Positions 39,830 to 53,200 of a stretch of 64,000 nt of DNA are shown piece by piece; the stretch's first letter is position 1, and every line of letters begins with the position of its first letter. This stretch comes from Leptogorgia sarmentosa (taxonomy: Eukaryota). The position numbers and the translations under genes are program-made. The notes below the pieces were generated by a model, which did not search any database, was not told the DNA's origin, and worked only from the letters and a program-made list of their open reading frames with translations. The stretch spans positions 21,638,001 through 21,702,000 of the forward strand of contig OZ210885.1 of NCBI GenBank assembly GCA_964658305.1, read 5' to 3'.

Positions 39830-41734
39830 TCCCCCTGGGAATCAGACCTTTTGCTTCGAGGCATACCTCAGCCTTTTCCTCCTCATCCTCAGATATCACT
39901 TTAAGAAGATTTTTAATACTGGGGTATCCCTTTCTTAATGCACGAACGGCATCTGCATGAGCCGACCATCTTGTGTCAGAGAGGCGCTTGACTGTTGGTG
40001 CTGCTGATTTTTCAAGGGCATCGCACAAAATCTTCCAGCGGTGCGTGGAGGCTGAGAAAAAGACATATATTTTCTGCACAGCACTAAAAAATAGAACAGC
40101 TTCTGTGCAGTAATCTAAAGCACATTTTCCAACCAAATTTAGGGAATGCGCACAACATGGAACATATTCTGCGAGATTATTCTTTTCTTTTATTAGGGCC
40201 TGCATCCTGTTATACTTCCCACTCATCTCAGAAGCATTATCGCAGGGCTGACCTCTACAGTCTGCAATGTCAATACCAGAATCGTCAAGAAAATCTAGCA
40301 AAACTTTTGCCAGTTCAGATCCAGTATGTCCACGAATCCGTAGAAAGCGCTCAATCGAATTGTCTTGTACGACATATCTTACGATTACTGTGAGTAGGTC
40401 AGTATATGCAACATCTGGGGTAGAATCCACAGAGACGGAGTAGTATTTAGCAGCTTTTACTTCTTCTACGATATGACGCCGTACTTCCTGCCCAAGTAGC
40501 TCGATGAATTTGTTGCAAATAGTTGACAATAAGTAGGACACGTGACCTCTTCCTTTATTTGCTCGTCGCTGGATGTGTTCCGCAAGAAAGTTATCATACT
40601 CAGCTAATAGCTCAAGAATTCCTAAGTAGTTGCCGTTGTGCACACTACCTATTATCTCATTACTGCCACGGAACGCAAGCCCTTGTGAAGCAAGGCATTT
40701 TATGATGCTAACAATGCGTTCAAGAAGCTGATACCAATACTTCATCTCCGATTTGTGCTGTTCTATCAGACTTTTATCAACGCATTGGCTATTTGTCCTC
40801 CGAACAACTAGTTGTGCGATGCAACGTTGATGCAATGAGCTGCTTTCATGAAGTCTTAAGTCTCTTGAAGCATGTTTCCAATCTGAGTAGCCACCAGATG
40901 CAAGAATTGACAGTTCTTTTGGTGGTGAGAATAGTTTACATATGATGCAATAAAGTTTACCTGTGGATGGTGAATAACAGAGCCAATCCTGTTTGACTTT
41001 TTCACATTACATTGATCGCGAAAGAACAGGCTTTTATTACAATGACGCCTAAATGTTTCACCTTGAAATATTATCCCTGAGGTACTGAGGTCATTATCAT
41101 GATGTTGACAATCGAATGCACCTTGCCTGCAAAAATACTCTTGCAAAAATACTCTGTTAGTGTTTTATTCTTTGTCAGTAAATTTTGAAATTTTCTTTCT
41201 TTCTCCTGTTTTGCTTTTATTTTTTGCCAGCCACTTTGGTTCTTGGACATAGCTAGTATTGATGAGGTGCCTGCCCTTAAAAAAGGGAAATTAAAGATTT
41301 TAGTTGCTGAACATGTCATAGAAATATGATCAAATTGTCAAATATCGAACAAATTACAAGTATAAACAGAAAACAACATCACAAACCTAGGTATGAATTA
41401 ATAAAGATAAAAAAACATTACAAATGACGAACTTGTAATAGGATATTATCACAAATTAATAATTATATATATTTATGAATCATGTACTTTGGTCAAATGC
41501 GCAAAATGGCTTTAATGCCAGGCGATGCTTTCGGTCAGGGATTCATTCGGAAAGTCGGTACTTCGTGTACCCAAATCTTTCCATCTAGTCTAGACTGAGT
41601 CTAGGTTTACATTTTGTTTACTTTAGTTAGGACTGGTTTGTTAGATCATTTTTTGTTCTGACAAGTGAAGGGCCTATTTATTGTTGGGGCCTGGAGCTGC
41701 AGTCCCATCCACCCCTAGTGTTAATCCGGCCCTG
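39830..41734 (-). mobile_element. Truncated hAT (ZMYM1-like transposase); only the 5' terminus is retained
   Basis: LAFRG..GNYLGILELL, VDSTPD, RGQPCDNAS, CCAHSLNL, DTRWSAH; minus-strand terminus CAGGGCCGGATTAAC at 41734. Confidence 0.88.
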
Positions 41735-44538
41735 CTTACAACAGTGGCTTTGTCCAAGGGTTGCTTTTTTAATACTTGGCCATTCAAAAGTATATTCTGC
41801 ATTATTATATCCTTAGCGAAAACCGAATCCCTATAAGAACAATATGCCTCGTCCAATTATATCTACCTTTTATTACACTATAACGTAATAAGTGATGTTT
41901 AAGTGATATTCATACATTTTATTCTGTGTTATGCTAACGGAACCTGTTCAATTAGTTTACAATGCAAGCATAAAAATTTTCTGCTCTGGCGTTTTAACTG
42001 ACGTAGCATTCTTGGGCTAATTAGGGAATTGAAAGCATTTAAATTTGAACATGGACATTCTCAAATTAAAACGGTAGCCTTTTTAGGGATGCACTGTACA
42101 GGGTTCCTAAAAAAGTACCATTCATAGAAATCAGCTCATTTGTTCCATTCATGCATCAGAATTGAATTGAATAGAAGCTACATGAACGAAAGAAAGGGTA
42201 CTTTTTTTTTAATACCCTGTGTATGTAGCCTGTTATATAGTGAGGTATCGTAATAGAGAGAAACAATGTAATTCATACAATCCCACTAGCTCAATTTATA
42301 ACATATTCCAACTTATAAAATTATATGCAGCTTGATCGGATTACTTGGTGACAAGGGTGTATTACCCTTGAGCTTGGTTTTCCCGAAGAGAAACAGATAC
42401 GAATAAGTTGAAAAGAAAACTTTTATAATTTTAGCAAAAGTGAAAATTACAATAAGCATGAATTTTAAAGCAGCTTTCATCAGTGACAGTGATTTGAAAA
42501 TCCGCCGTCACAAGTGTACGGCATGGTAGAACAATTTTACTGTCCTTCAATATCAAATAGTACGGATGATGACTTGTAATGGTAGTGCAAGGCACAAAAA
42601 TAGAAAGTCAAAATCATTCAGCAGTTGAAGTATATAAATTCTTTCCAAGTACTTTAACAGTAATTTGTAATGAGAGGATTAATTTTTATAACTAGGAGTT
42701 ACTATCGCAAGGAAATGTGCTGCCGTTGCGCTCAAACTTTAAAACCCCGGCTGGGTTATAGATTGTAAGAATACCTGTCCACTTTTGAAACAGTGACTTG
42801 TTATCATGATACGATGATACGAAGTCAAAATGATCACGTAATGTAATGTATCCGAGTTTTTAAAAAGCCTGGGCAAGATACATTTTTTCGTAATACGATG
42901 ACACGAAGTGTGAAATTGATATGCCCGATTATTCAGAAAGCAGCGTGTGACAGCCTTCGTGATACGATCATACGAAGTGAAAATTATTACCGATTAAGTT
43001 TACCACGTTTATATCTCGTTATTTAATCGCAAGCTCAACGTAATAATTAACTAGGGATCCAAGGATAGTGCAAAGTTTCAAAAGATAGACACTACGTTAC
43101 ATGGTTTAGTTGCGTAATTGCTGTTCATGAATGCGGGCTTATACAGGAGCTATTATAGCTATTATTCAAAGTCAGTTTAAAACTAACTGAAAGGAACAAC
43201 GGCAATGTCCACAATTATGGATAGGCCAAATATATTTTGTTTAATCATAGTATAGAGAATACAAAATAGTTATTTGAATTACTTGAATTCTTTATTTCCC
43301 CTTTTCGGTATTTGACATTTACACCATCGTATAATATAAACATAATAAAGCATACATGAATCATTGAATGGTTCAGTCACCACTGTTCTTTGTAAGGCAA
43401 TGATATCTGCCACATGATGTCATATGACATAATATATAAATAATACAAGATTGGTACATGTGTAATATGTCTGAATGACATAGCTAATTTGGACTATAAG
43501 AATCACTTCGCTCTTTTCATATCAGAAAGTGAAGCCTCAATCCTCATAGACATAAATCAATAATAATTAATCGAGATTGTTTCAAACAGTCCTTTCTTGT
43601 AATTTGCGTTGATTTCACAACGGCTTAAACTTGTTTCTTATCTTTTCTTCTGAAATTCATATTTATAATAACATAATATTGTCATTGGGTCGCGTAAATC
43701 ATATGCTATCATTTTCATCATAATAAAACTTTTATATTAGAACGGTATTCACAGTGTTTTCACTTTACTTCGATTTTGAAGTGCTCCTAGTATAACTCGT
43801 GGACTTCTTACTGTATTGAATCATGATAAACAGACATTAATTTATGTCCATTTCAATTTTTGAAGAAGCACTGTTATAAATAGCAATTTATTATATATTT
43901 GTTACACATGCCATCCAATATTTGATGCCGCCAGCTGGCACGCAATTTTTATATTGAAATCAATACGTTTACTTTTCTCGCAAAGCTAACTATAGAATAT
44001 CGTTACAACTGTAGTGCAACTACAAACGTGTTTTGTATTTCTAAATGTTCTATGTAAGACATGCGCCCATTGTCATCGCCATATTTTCACATTTAAAAAT
44101 ATTGTAAACTTTCACACGCATGCGCATTTAGACCATTTCTCACGAAAAATCGAGCTGCAGGGGGGAAGTCGTTTAGAATGCACCGAAATACCCGTTTGAG
44201 AAATAAAAAATATCACAATAAAATCGATAGTTGCATGATTACATTTTGCTTAACATTTTAAAAAACAACAGAATTACATGTAAAGAAGTCATAACTTGTG
44301 TAGTTAGTTAAAAAGTGAAACCAGAATTGTTTTTATATCGATCCGGTAAGGAAAAGCAGCAATCGCAAAACCCCCCCGTAAAGTTTACACTATGATGTAT
44401 GTATGACTCGTGTAAATTTCGCCCCTCATCACAATAGTGCAAAGTTAAACTTTGCACTAAAAATGCGATTCAGTGCGCATATTGTGTTTACGTCCCGTTC
44501 TTTAAAAAGCAACAGCACGCCAGTTAGGGTGAAGGTTT

Positions 44539-44601
44539 ACTGTTAGGGTTAGTGTTTACTATACTATTAGTAATAGTATAGTAAACACTAACCCTAACAG
44601 T
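44539..44601. repeat. Perfect palindrome (31-bp arms, 1-nt loop) containing TTAGGG
   Basis: ACTGTTAGGGTTAGTGTTTACTATACTATTA-G-TAATAGTATAGTAAACACTAACCCTAACAGT. Confidence 0.9.
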
Positions 44602-45539
44602 CTATTAGGGCTAGCATTCTGAACATTGCTTGCATCATTGATGTGTGATCGCCATAAATGCCAAATTACCCAACCACAACGCAAAAATCATTAGCACAAT
44701 CTTGCATCCGTATGAAACGCTTTTGTAAAAACCTTTCGATTCTTGACGCACTTATTGGAGATGCGTGCCGCGTGCGCAATACAATATCTTGTTTACGTAC
44801 TTCAAGCTTAATTATTCAGACCGCTCCCCTCTTTTAACAAACGTCCCTGAAGCTTAATTATGCCCCCGGATACGACAAACATCTTTATGGACAGACAGAC
44901 AGACACAAGATCTCGATCTCGACAATACATAACTCGCGCGAAAGACTGGGTCGAGTAGACTCTGGGGAAACCACCGTGTGTCAAGAATAGTTTGCTGCCT
45001 CGCTACGCTCGCTCACCAACACAATTATCTACGGAGATAACAACCAGAAATGAAACACATGCATGACATGAAATCCATGCATGTCCATATTACAAACCAA
45101 ATAAAGAAATAAAAAATCCCACAAAACAAAGCTGGTATGTTCTTAGTGAAAAAGTATTCAAATTGAAATTTATTTCAACGATTTATAAATTGCAATTGAG
45201 AAGCATCGCAAAATGCAAAACCTGTCAACTGAGCAATACAAATTTGAAACCTGCCGACAGAGAAATACAATGAAATTTGAAACCTGTTGACCAATTAAAG
45301 TTGAACTGCATGTCGACCTCATGTTCTCATTTGATACCGATGATGTATTGTGGCAGTTGTTGAATAATACAGTGTTTTTTATGCAGGTATTCGGATCCTG
45401 GACTGTGGTTCAAATAGCTGTGTCCTCATTGAGGTTGTGGATTGATGGGTGACACCATGAAATGTGATGAGTGTGGTCGTGATGGAGTTTGATGGTGGAC
45501 GGGGTTGAATGTTATGGTAGGATGGAAGGTTGTAATAAA

Positions 45540-45760
45540 GTGAATTATATTAGAACGAATTACATTAAAAGGAATTATATTAAAACGAATTACATTAAAA
45601 GGAATTATATTAAAACGAATTACATTAAAAGGAATTATATTAAAACGAGTTGTGTTATGTGTATACTGGCAAAACCCGGGTTTATGGTGGTGTTTTGTGT
45701 GAATGCCAGGGCCATAGTGATTGCCATTTATCACCGGGCCATGTCCCTTGGTTTTCCGTT
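45540..45760 (-). repeat. 30-bp (2x15) tandem array beside a possible IS3EU-type terminus remnant
   Basis: (AAAACGAATTACATTAAAAGGAATTATATT)n; minus-strand ACGGAAAACCAAGGGACATGG. Confidence 0.45.
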
Positions 45761-48448
45761 GAAAACTCGTAGTTATGTTTCATCAGGCCCCAAGCATAAC
45801 CGGGAAAGCACGCTTCTAACCTGCTAGCTGGTCTTGGAACGACGTGCTCGCATATTGGGTGTTAGGTTTAACACATTGTGGTTCGTGTGTGAGTGTATTT
45901 ATTTTTCTTTGACGAGTGGTGGGTGGTTATAATCGTGATTTTGATGATGAATGTCTGTTTGTGTGTTGGGTCATCCCGCTGCGTCGGTATGATAGATGGC
46001 AAAATAATTACGTTTGTTAACGGTGATAACGAGTAAATTAGAAACATGTGGACCCTACTTGGTTCATCTGTATATCTCGTACGTTTACCGTATATGGATT
46101 ATCATACCTTATATGCAACAAAACATAGACGAGCAAATGCACGGCAATGGCAAGCAAATACATCGGAACAATGAGGAAATAGCATGTACATCTTGCGACA
46201 TACATTCTGATAGTATCCAATATGGCGGAATTATATGGCGGTATAAAACTAGCGGCTGCACATTTACCATGGCATTTACCCGCTTTATAATATGTACATG
46301 TAAAAGATGAGCATTGGCGATAAGGAATGAATTTGTTGAAACTAGAAAGATGAAAGTGGTGAGTGCTACTGAATATCACTTCAATTAAGCGAGCAATATA
46401 CATTTAAACACTGAAAAACCTTTACATACACACACGCTTGATATGTGGTTTGAGGTTGATTAAATGAGATTTTTCTTAAATTCTCCTTTATACTACATTT
46501 CAAACAATTGTTTGTCATGGATTTAATACCATTTACAGATTTAACTCTAGGCCAATAGATTTACTGAGCACATTGAATGGACGTTCTCTGACCGAATTTA
46601 TTTATATTAGTACGTTCTTATAACTGCCAGCACACTTGGTGCTCACCAGTAATCAGTCCAAGATGATAAGTATCGAATGAAAATAATTATTATATAAAGT
46701 ATAGTGTTTTGCAGAACTTTCTGCCACACATGAGATAAATTCGTATTTTCACTCATCCATGTATTATTCTCTGTTCAATCAGAAAAGCATCTCCAAATTA
46801 TTGCTGTATTTTGCTGTATAGAATTGAGCAGTGTCACATTGTTACAGGCGTAGAGCCACTGGCAAGTGATGTTTGTACTGCTCTTTCCAAGTTGTTGGAC
46901 ATTTACAACTCTCAATGTCAGACAAGCTTGATGGGATTACCCAACATGTTACAAAGTTCTTCCAGCAACACCGATATAGTAATGATATAACAATATCGTA
47001 ACATTTTTGTATGTTGTCAACTTTGTGATTTCAGACAAGAGGACTGTATTAGGGTACTTAGGATGTCCAACCTTCTAACGAGTTATACTGTGGGAGTCAA
47101 AAGTCCAGTTCATAATGAGTTGCTAATTGTCATTTTAAACAAGCTTATAATAACTACCTAACTATATACTATAATAATTATTACTTGGGGGGCCAGGTTT
47201 CTTCAACCACTAATTACATAATTTTAGTATTTTGCTTCTAACATTTTCTTTCAAAGTACCTTGAACCATTTTCTAGAACTCATTAAATTGCTGTAGTTTT
47301 GGAATTGTCAAAGATGAAATTTCATTCAAACTATATGTAAAAATATTCCACCTACTCATTCCTACCTGCCTGATATGTTTTCTTCACAATTTTTGGTTCC
47401 CTTGTGTGTACATTTTGGTTCAAATTAAAAGATTTATGCAAAAATTCTATGAGAACTAAATATCTCAGTTTCATTCTCTTTAGTGTACAGTTTACTTTTA
47501 ACTTTAAAATGTGCATAGATCTATTATTTACAGGCTTTCCCCAGGCAGTATACTGCACATCTTTGAATGGCCTTTACCTGAGCTGAGATAATTGGCTAGC
47601 TCCCCTTCTCTTGTCTACCATCGTATTACATCATGAAAGCAGAGTGATAATGGTCACTAACAAAGTTTGAGATGTGTAAGGTCACAGTTTAGTGGTTGAG
47701 GTCCACAGTATAATGTGAAAAAGAAAAAACTACACTGACAGTGGCATTTTATTGACTGTTTTTATTGTTCTGGAGTGATTTAAATTGTCGTTTAGGATAT
47801 TATGTAGATAATGTATGTGGAAAATTCCGAATTTAAAAGTGGATCTTATTTCCAACCAGAATGTGCACATATGACCACTGTCATATTCATTTTATATTAG
47901 TGAGCAAAGAGAAGTTTGATTGGTAACCAAAGCTGTAGCCATTAAGACAGGAAAGAGGAAGTTGAAAAGTAGCATGCAATTCATGTTTCATTAACTGGAA
48001 ACATTCTAGGCGCCATCTGATGTGAACCATTTGTTCCAAAATACAATCCTATGTGTTTCATACAAGTCATCAAGCAGTCTCCTTTTACATATGAAAGGTA
48101 CAGGTGCAACTCCTGTATGATGAATAGTACTCCATAATTTGCATCTCAAAGAACCTAGAAACGTTTCCAACTGTTATATGGTGTTTTTACGTTTCACATA
48201 TTTTTACGGTGTCTACTGGAAAATCACTGAGCAGGCTATAATGCAAATATGACAAAACCAAGCCTCAAATTTATTCACAGTTGCGATACGTTTCCTCGCT
48301 GCATATATTTACTTGAATATAATCTTAAATGTTCACAAGTCGACTATTGAACTTTTTTCCTAAACTTCTGATGATTTCTCTTCAACGACACGCTCTAGAT
48401 AGTAATAACTGTGTACACGACTCTAGCCTGAGACAGACGAATAATAAC

Positions 48449-49142
48449 AATTATTATATACACAAGCGCTGGATATGAGCTATTCTGCAATCTGATTGGC
48501 TCCCTACTAGCAGGATATTAGCTCATATCCTGCTACTAGAGAAAAACAAACAAAATGGCGGAAAGAGCGAAGCCGGAATTAAAGTTTTCAACAGTTAAAA
48601 ACGTCTTTGCGATCGATTAAAAGAATAAAATTCAAGAAGTTCAGTGAGTAAATGTTAATTGTGCAGTTTTGAATCTGGAAAACCGGACTCGACGCCATAA
48701 AATTCATCGCTTGATCGAGTTGGATCGCTTGTTGCTGTTTGTTGACATTTTACAACGGTAAAATTTGTGTTCTACTTTCAAATGCAGAAAAATACAGATG
48801 AAAACTGCTGAAATTTAAAACTAGCTATAGTTTAAACGTAACGTTGACTATTTTAATTCCGTAACTGTTGTTTTTACCGTGCTTTTTGGCGTGTATTTAT
48901 CAAGTAAAACTGTTTTTGTAAATATGTCGATTTCAAAGCGATAGAACACTTTGAAATTATATTCAGTTATTAATAAAATACAAATAAATTTGGAAGTTGT
49001 TTTTGTCAAGCGCTTGTGTACATAATAAAACAGTTATTCTGCTCACTCTCGTCGTATATGATTGATAGTCGACGAGGCGCATAGCGCCTCGTCGACTATC
49101 AGCGCATATACGACTCGACTTCACAGAATAACTGTTAATTAT
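48449..49142. mobile_element. Non-autonomous Crypton-like element inserted in the left Academ TIR
   Basis: Absent from the right TIR; AATTAT at both borders; left end is inverted to an internal site (~49008-49028); long terminal hairpin around GATAGTCGACGAGGCGC..GCGCCTCGTCGACTATC; family assignment is from recall. Confidence 0.55.
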
Positions 49143-49300
49143 ACGTCTGAGAACATTCGTTACTAATCTTGCCTGATGACGTCAGAGTGTTAGTCGAGAT
49201 TTAGATAACGGATTGCCATTGGTCACACTAAAATTGCATGTATTGTGCATTTTTATTGGTTCATTGCTCTTTAATCCTTTGTTGTGAATTATTAATCAAG

Positions 49301-49696
49301 ATGGCGAAAATTACATATGGAAATAATTTATGGGCACGTGCAATTGATAAGGTACTAAATGTATTTCAAGTACCTTCTTTGTATAAGGAACATTAACAGG
49401 CCCTTACTCAGTTATTTTTGAAGCGCGATGTTTTTGTTAATCTCCCAAAATCCTATGGAAAATCGCTTATATTTCAAGCTGCACCCGTGTTGGCCGACGT
49501 TGTGTTTCGAAGAAGCACTGGAACCAGTATAGTCGTGGTCATTTCTCCGCTGAAAACCCTTATGGAAGATCAAGTTAGACATTTAAACAAACTAGGCTTA
49601 TCGGCCGCTTGTGTATCAGATCAACACGACGATCGACTTGTTCAAGACATCATCAATGGACAATACACACACGTATATGGATCACCTGAGTGCTAA
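49301..49696 (+). pseudogene. N-terminal fragment of a RecQ-like helicase (AcademH)
   Basis: DVFVNLPKSYGKSLIFQ...VVVISPLKTLMEDQV...VYGSPE; upstream in-frame stop. Confidence 0.88.
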
Positions 49697-50004
49697 TTAT
49701 GTCAAATTATGCTGATATTTAATTTATGCTTTTAAAGTTATTGTGGCTACCGTAACTTCCGGTGACAATTTCCGGTCACGTGATAGCCGAACACGAGGGA
49801 ATATAATAGAAAATATACACATTTTTTTTTTTTTGCGATAAAAACGGACGCCATATAGTTCATATTGTTAGTGCATGAAGAACCAAACGGTTCTTAACGT
49901 AAATTAAAGTAATAAAGCAAATGAAACCCGGTTGTTGTTGTTGTGTGCGTGGAATTCGGCGAAATTCGGTAAAGACAAGTTTACGTGGCGTCAAGATAGC
50001 AACA

Positions 50005-50022
50005 GTTAAGAACCGTTTGGTT
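50005..50022 (+). promoter_or_regulatory. PBS-position 18-mer complementary to the element's own LTR (candidate self-primer binding site)
   Basis: GTTAAGAACCGTTTGGTT is the reverse complement of AACCAAACGGTTCTTAAC at 49881-49898 and 56234-56251. Confidence 0.75.
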
Positions 50023-50282
50023 TCTGCGTGTAATAGTCGTGTTGACGACAGCTGATCTTCAGGAAGGAGATTATTACTGGTATTGTGTTATTGACAGATT
50101 TGGAAGAAGAAAGTTGATATCTGCATTAGAAGACGTTATTGACCTGGAATATTGATTATTATGGTGGAGTAATTCGGGTTTACGTAGTTGGTCTTCAAGG
50201 GAAGCCATTCATCAAGTTGGATAATTATACTTGTATTGTGGGGTACTTACGAGTTAGTTTAAAGAAGGAACAGTGAGTTAGA

Positions 50283-53200
50283 ATGAGTCGTCAGAGTCAA
50301 CAAGAAAATATGGCACAATTGGGCAACGTAAACATTATATTTAAGTCGAGGTTGGAATATATTAACAATCTTTTGACATTACAAGAAGACATTCAGGAAC
50401 TAATGGGTGCAGGGCCTGGCAATGTTGACCAGGTCATGTTGAAGAAAGATGCTTATGATAAATTATGGTGTGAATTTGTAACTGTTCATGAAGAATATTT
50501 GGAAATTGTTGCAGCTGAGGATGAAAAAAGAAGAGCTATTTTAACATATAGAGGACAGATGGCAAAAAAGGTGCACTTGGACGGTGTAGTAACATCTTGG
50601 TGTAGAAAGTCGAAGTTGGACAGGCGTGGTAAGGCCCGAAGCCTGATCAGTAGTTTAACAAGTGGCACAAGTTCAGGATCGGCCTTGTCAAAGAAGAGGG
50701 AAAGGATGGCTCTCACACAGTTAAAGGTAAATCAATTAATGCAACAACATGAAATGAAAAGGAAGATGGAAGAGTTGAGATATCAAGAAGAACTGATGGA
50801 GGCTCGAATGGAAGCAGAACAAGCAAAGATTAGCTTAAGTATTTACAACGAGCTAGCTGATGAACAAATTAAAGAGTATGTTAATGATGTAACAAGTGTT
50901 AATGGTGATGAGGTACAGGACCAGGGGGAACCTGGTTTGAGCCCTCTGACTGAGAACGATGCTTATGGATTAGATAGTGAGTTTGATACTGGACACCCCC
51001 CTGACCTTCCCTCAATTCAAGAGTTGTCGGGAAACCCACAACATTTTGGACATGGAGAACAGAAACCGATAGTATTGGAAGCCAGAAGAATAGATTGGGA
51101 CTATGCAACACTTACAATGATGAATCACCCAGTTGTGAACTACGCTGTCTTAAATCATGCAGTAATAGAGAACACCAGGCATTCTAGTGCTCTCATACCT
51201 CAAGCAAGTAAGTCGTTTACTTACGCTGGAAATTATAGACCACAGCTAACCCCCAGATCACCCTTGGAGCGACCAGTATATATGGGGACTGACAGAAACT
51301 GTGGTATGCTAGATGCACGTTACCCAGTGGCAAGAACACAAGAAGACCCAGCAATTAAGTTACCATGGCAACCACCTGAAGAATTTGAGGCACGAATGAA
51401 CCCCAGGAGGGACAATGGGGAGGAAATGGTTAGGGCATTGCGGCAAGTTGTGTCAACTCCAAGAATTAAATACATGAGTTTCGACGGCGACCCCATGAAC
51501 TATGTATCATTTATTCACAACTTCGAAACTTGCCTTGAGAAAGATAATCCTGATAATGCAACGAGATTGCAATTACTAATTCAACATTGCAATGGGAAAG
51601 CGCGAGAAGCAATAGAGTCATGTGTGAACCTTCCTGCCGAACAAGGTTATGTCACAGCTAAGAGTACCTTAAAGGAGAACTTTGGGAAACCCCATATAAT
51701 TGCCAAAGCACATGTTAAGAAATTGGAAAATCTGCCAGCCCTAAAACAAGCTGACGGACCAAGTTTATTGGAGTTTGCAAGGAATCTAGAGGTCGCGAAC
51801 AGAACCCTGACCAGCATGGGACCGGAGTATGAAAGCGAATTGAGTCATGTGAATACTTTACGTGAGTTAAATAGGAAACTTCCATTGTTCATGAGAGTGA
51901 AGTGGACTGAGCGTGCGGGAACAATAATTGAATCAGGTTCCAGACCAAATTTCGAGGACTTTTTAAAGTTCGTGAAAGGAAGAGCTAGACTTGTAAATAA
52001 CGAATTTGCTGAAGATCTTTCTAGTAGTGCGTCGAAATTGAAAGGAAGGGGACAAGGAACAAGTGGGCGCTTCGTGCAGAAATCGTCTACGTTAACCGCA
52101 GGTGTAAAACAAGCTCAAGACGTGAATCGTGAGTCGAATCCAGCTCGGCAAAAATGTTCGTTCTGCTCTGGGGTGCACAGGATTTGGAAGTGCCTGGCAT
52201 ATAAAAAACTATCTTATGAAGACAGGAAGAAATTTGTCCAAGAGAAAAGTTTATGTTTGAAATGCCTTAGCAGAGGACATTTTTTGAGAACATGCCCCAA
52301 GGCACACTTTAGATGTCAACAAGAAGGCTGCAATAAAGAGCATCATACCTTGTTGCACCCTCCAGGAACTACGTCTCAGAGAGATCGCGAAACTCAGCAG
52401 GAGCATGGTAGAAACGAAACGAGAGTTGACGACGACAAGAATCAACAATCAGAGTCTAAGATAACTGCGTCAACAGGGGCCGGCGAGAGAGTGCCTCAGC
52501 GTTGTACCCGTAAGGGTGGAAATCAAGGGAGGAGAGCATCACCAAGTGGTAACGTACGCGCTCCTGGACTGTGGATCGGAAGTAACTCTCATGCATCGGA
52601 AATTGCAAAGGGAACTCGGAGCTCATGGGCGAAAGATCGAATTCACACTTTCGGGAATAAATGGGTCTAGACAAATTGATAGCGAACTCTTGGATATTGT
52701 AGTCACGTCTATGGGCGGAGAAACATCATTGGAATTATCAAACGTGCGGGCAGTTGAGAATGTGCCCATAGCTGGAAGTTGCATTGCCTGAAAAGAGGAT
52801 ATCGAGAGCTGGCCTCACTTGAATGGAGTTCCGATTACCGAACTAGACGTAAACGAAGTAACATTGATCATTGGCTTACAGGAGCGACCCAGCATATTCT
52901 TGCCGCTCGAACATCGCATTGGGAGAGAGAATGAGCCGGTGGCGATAAGATATAGCCTTGGTTGGACAGTCGTTGGCCCTATTGGCAAGGGTCGGGAGGA
53001 CAATTGCTATGCTATGAATCTCACTCAGACAGTTGGCAATATAAAGAAACCCATCACTTGTGTAGATCATCGAATCAATCGGAGGAGATTGAAAGAACCG
53101 GCGGAAGGCTATACAGAAGAAGATTTTCGATTTGAGAACAGTGGCTCGGATGAAGGCGAACTGACGTCGAAGTTAAATGTACCGGTCGACGAATTGGAGT

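Noticed and set aside
46014..46403. Overlapping 98- and 121-aa ORFs
   Set aside because: No recognisable motif or splice context
49301..49696. Host RecQ/WRN/BLM helicase gene
   Set aside because: Intronless truncated fragment inside Academ TIRs with a 9-bp TSD
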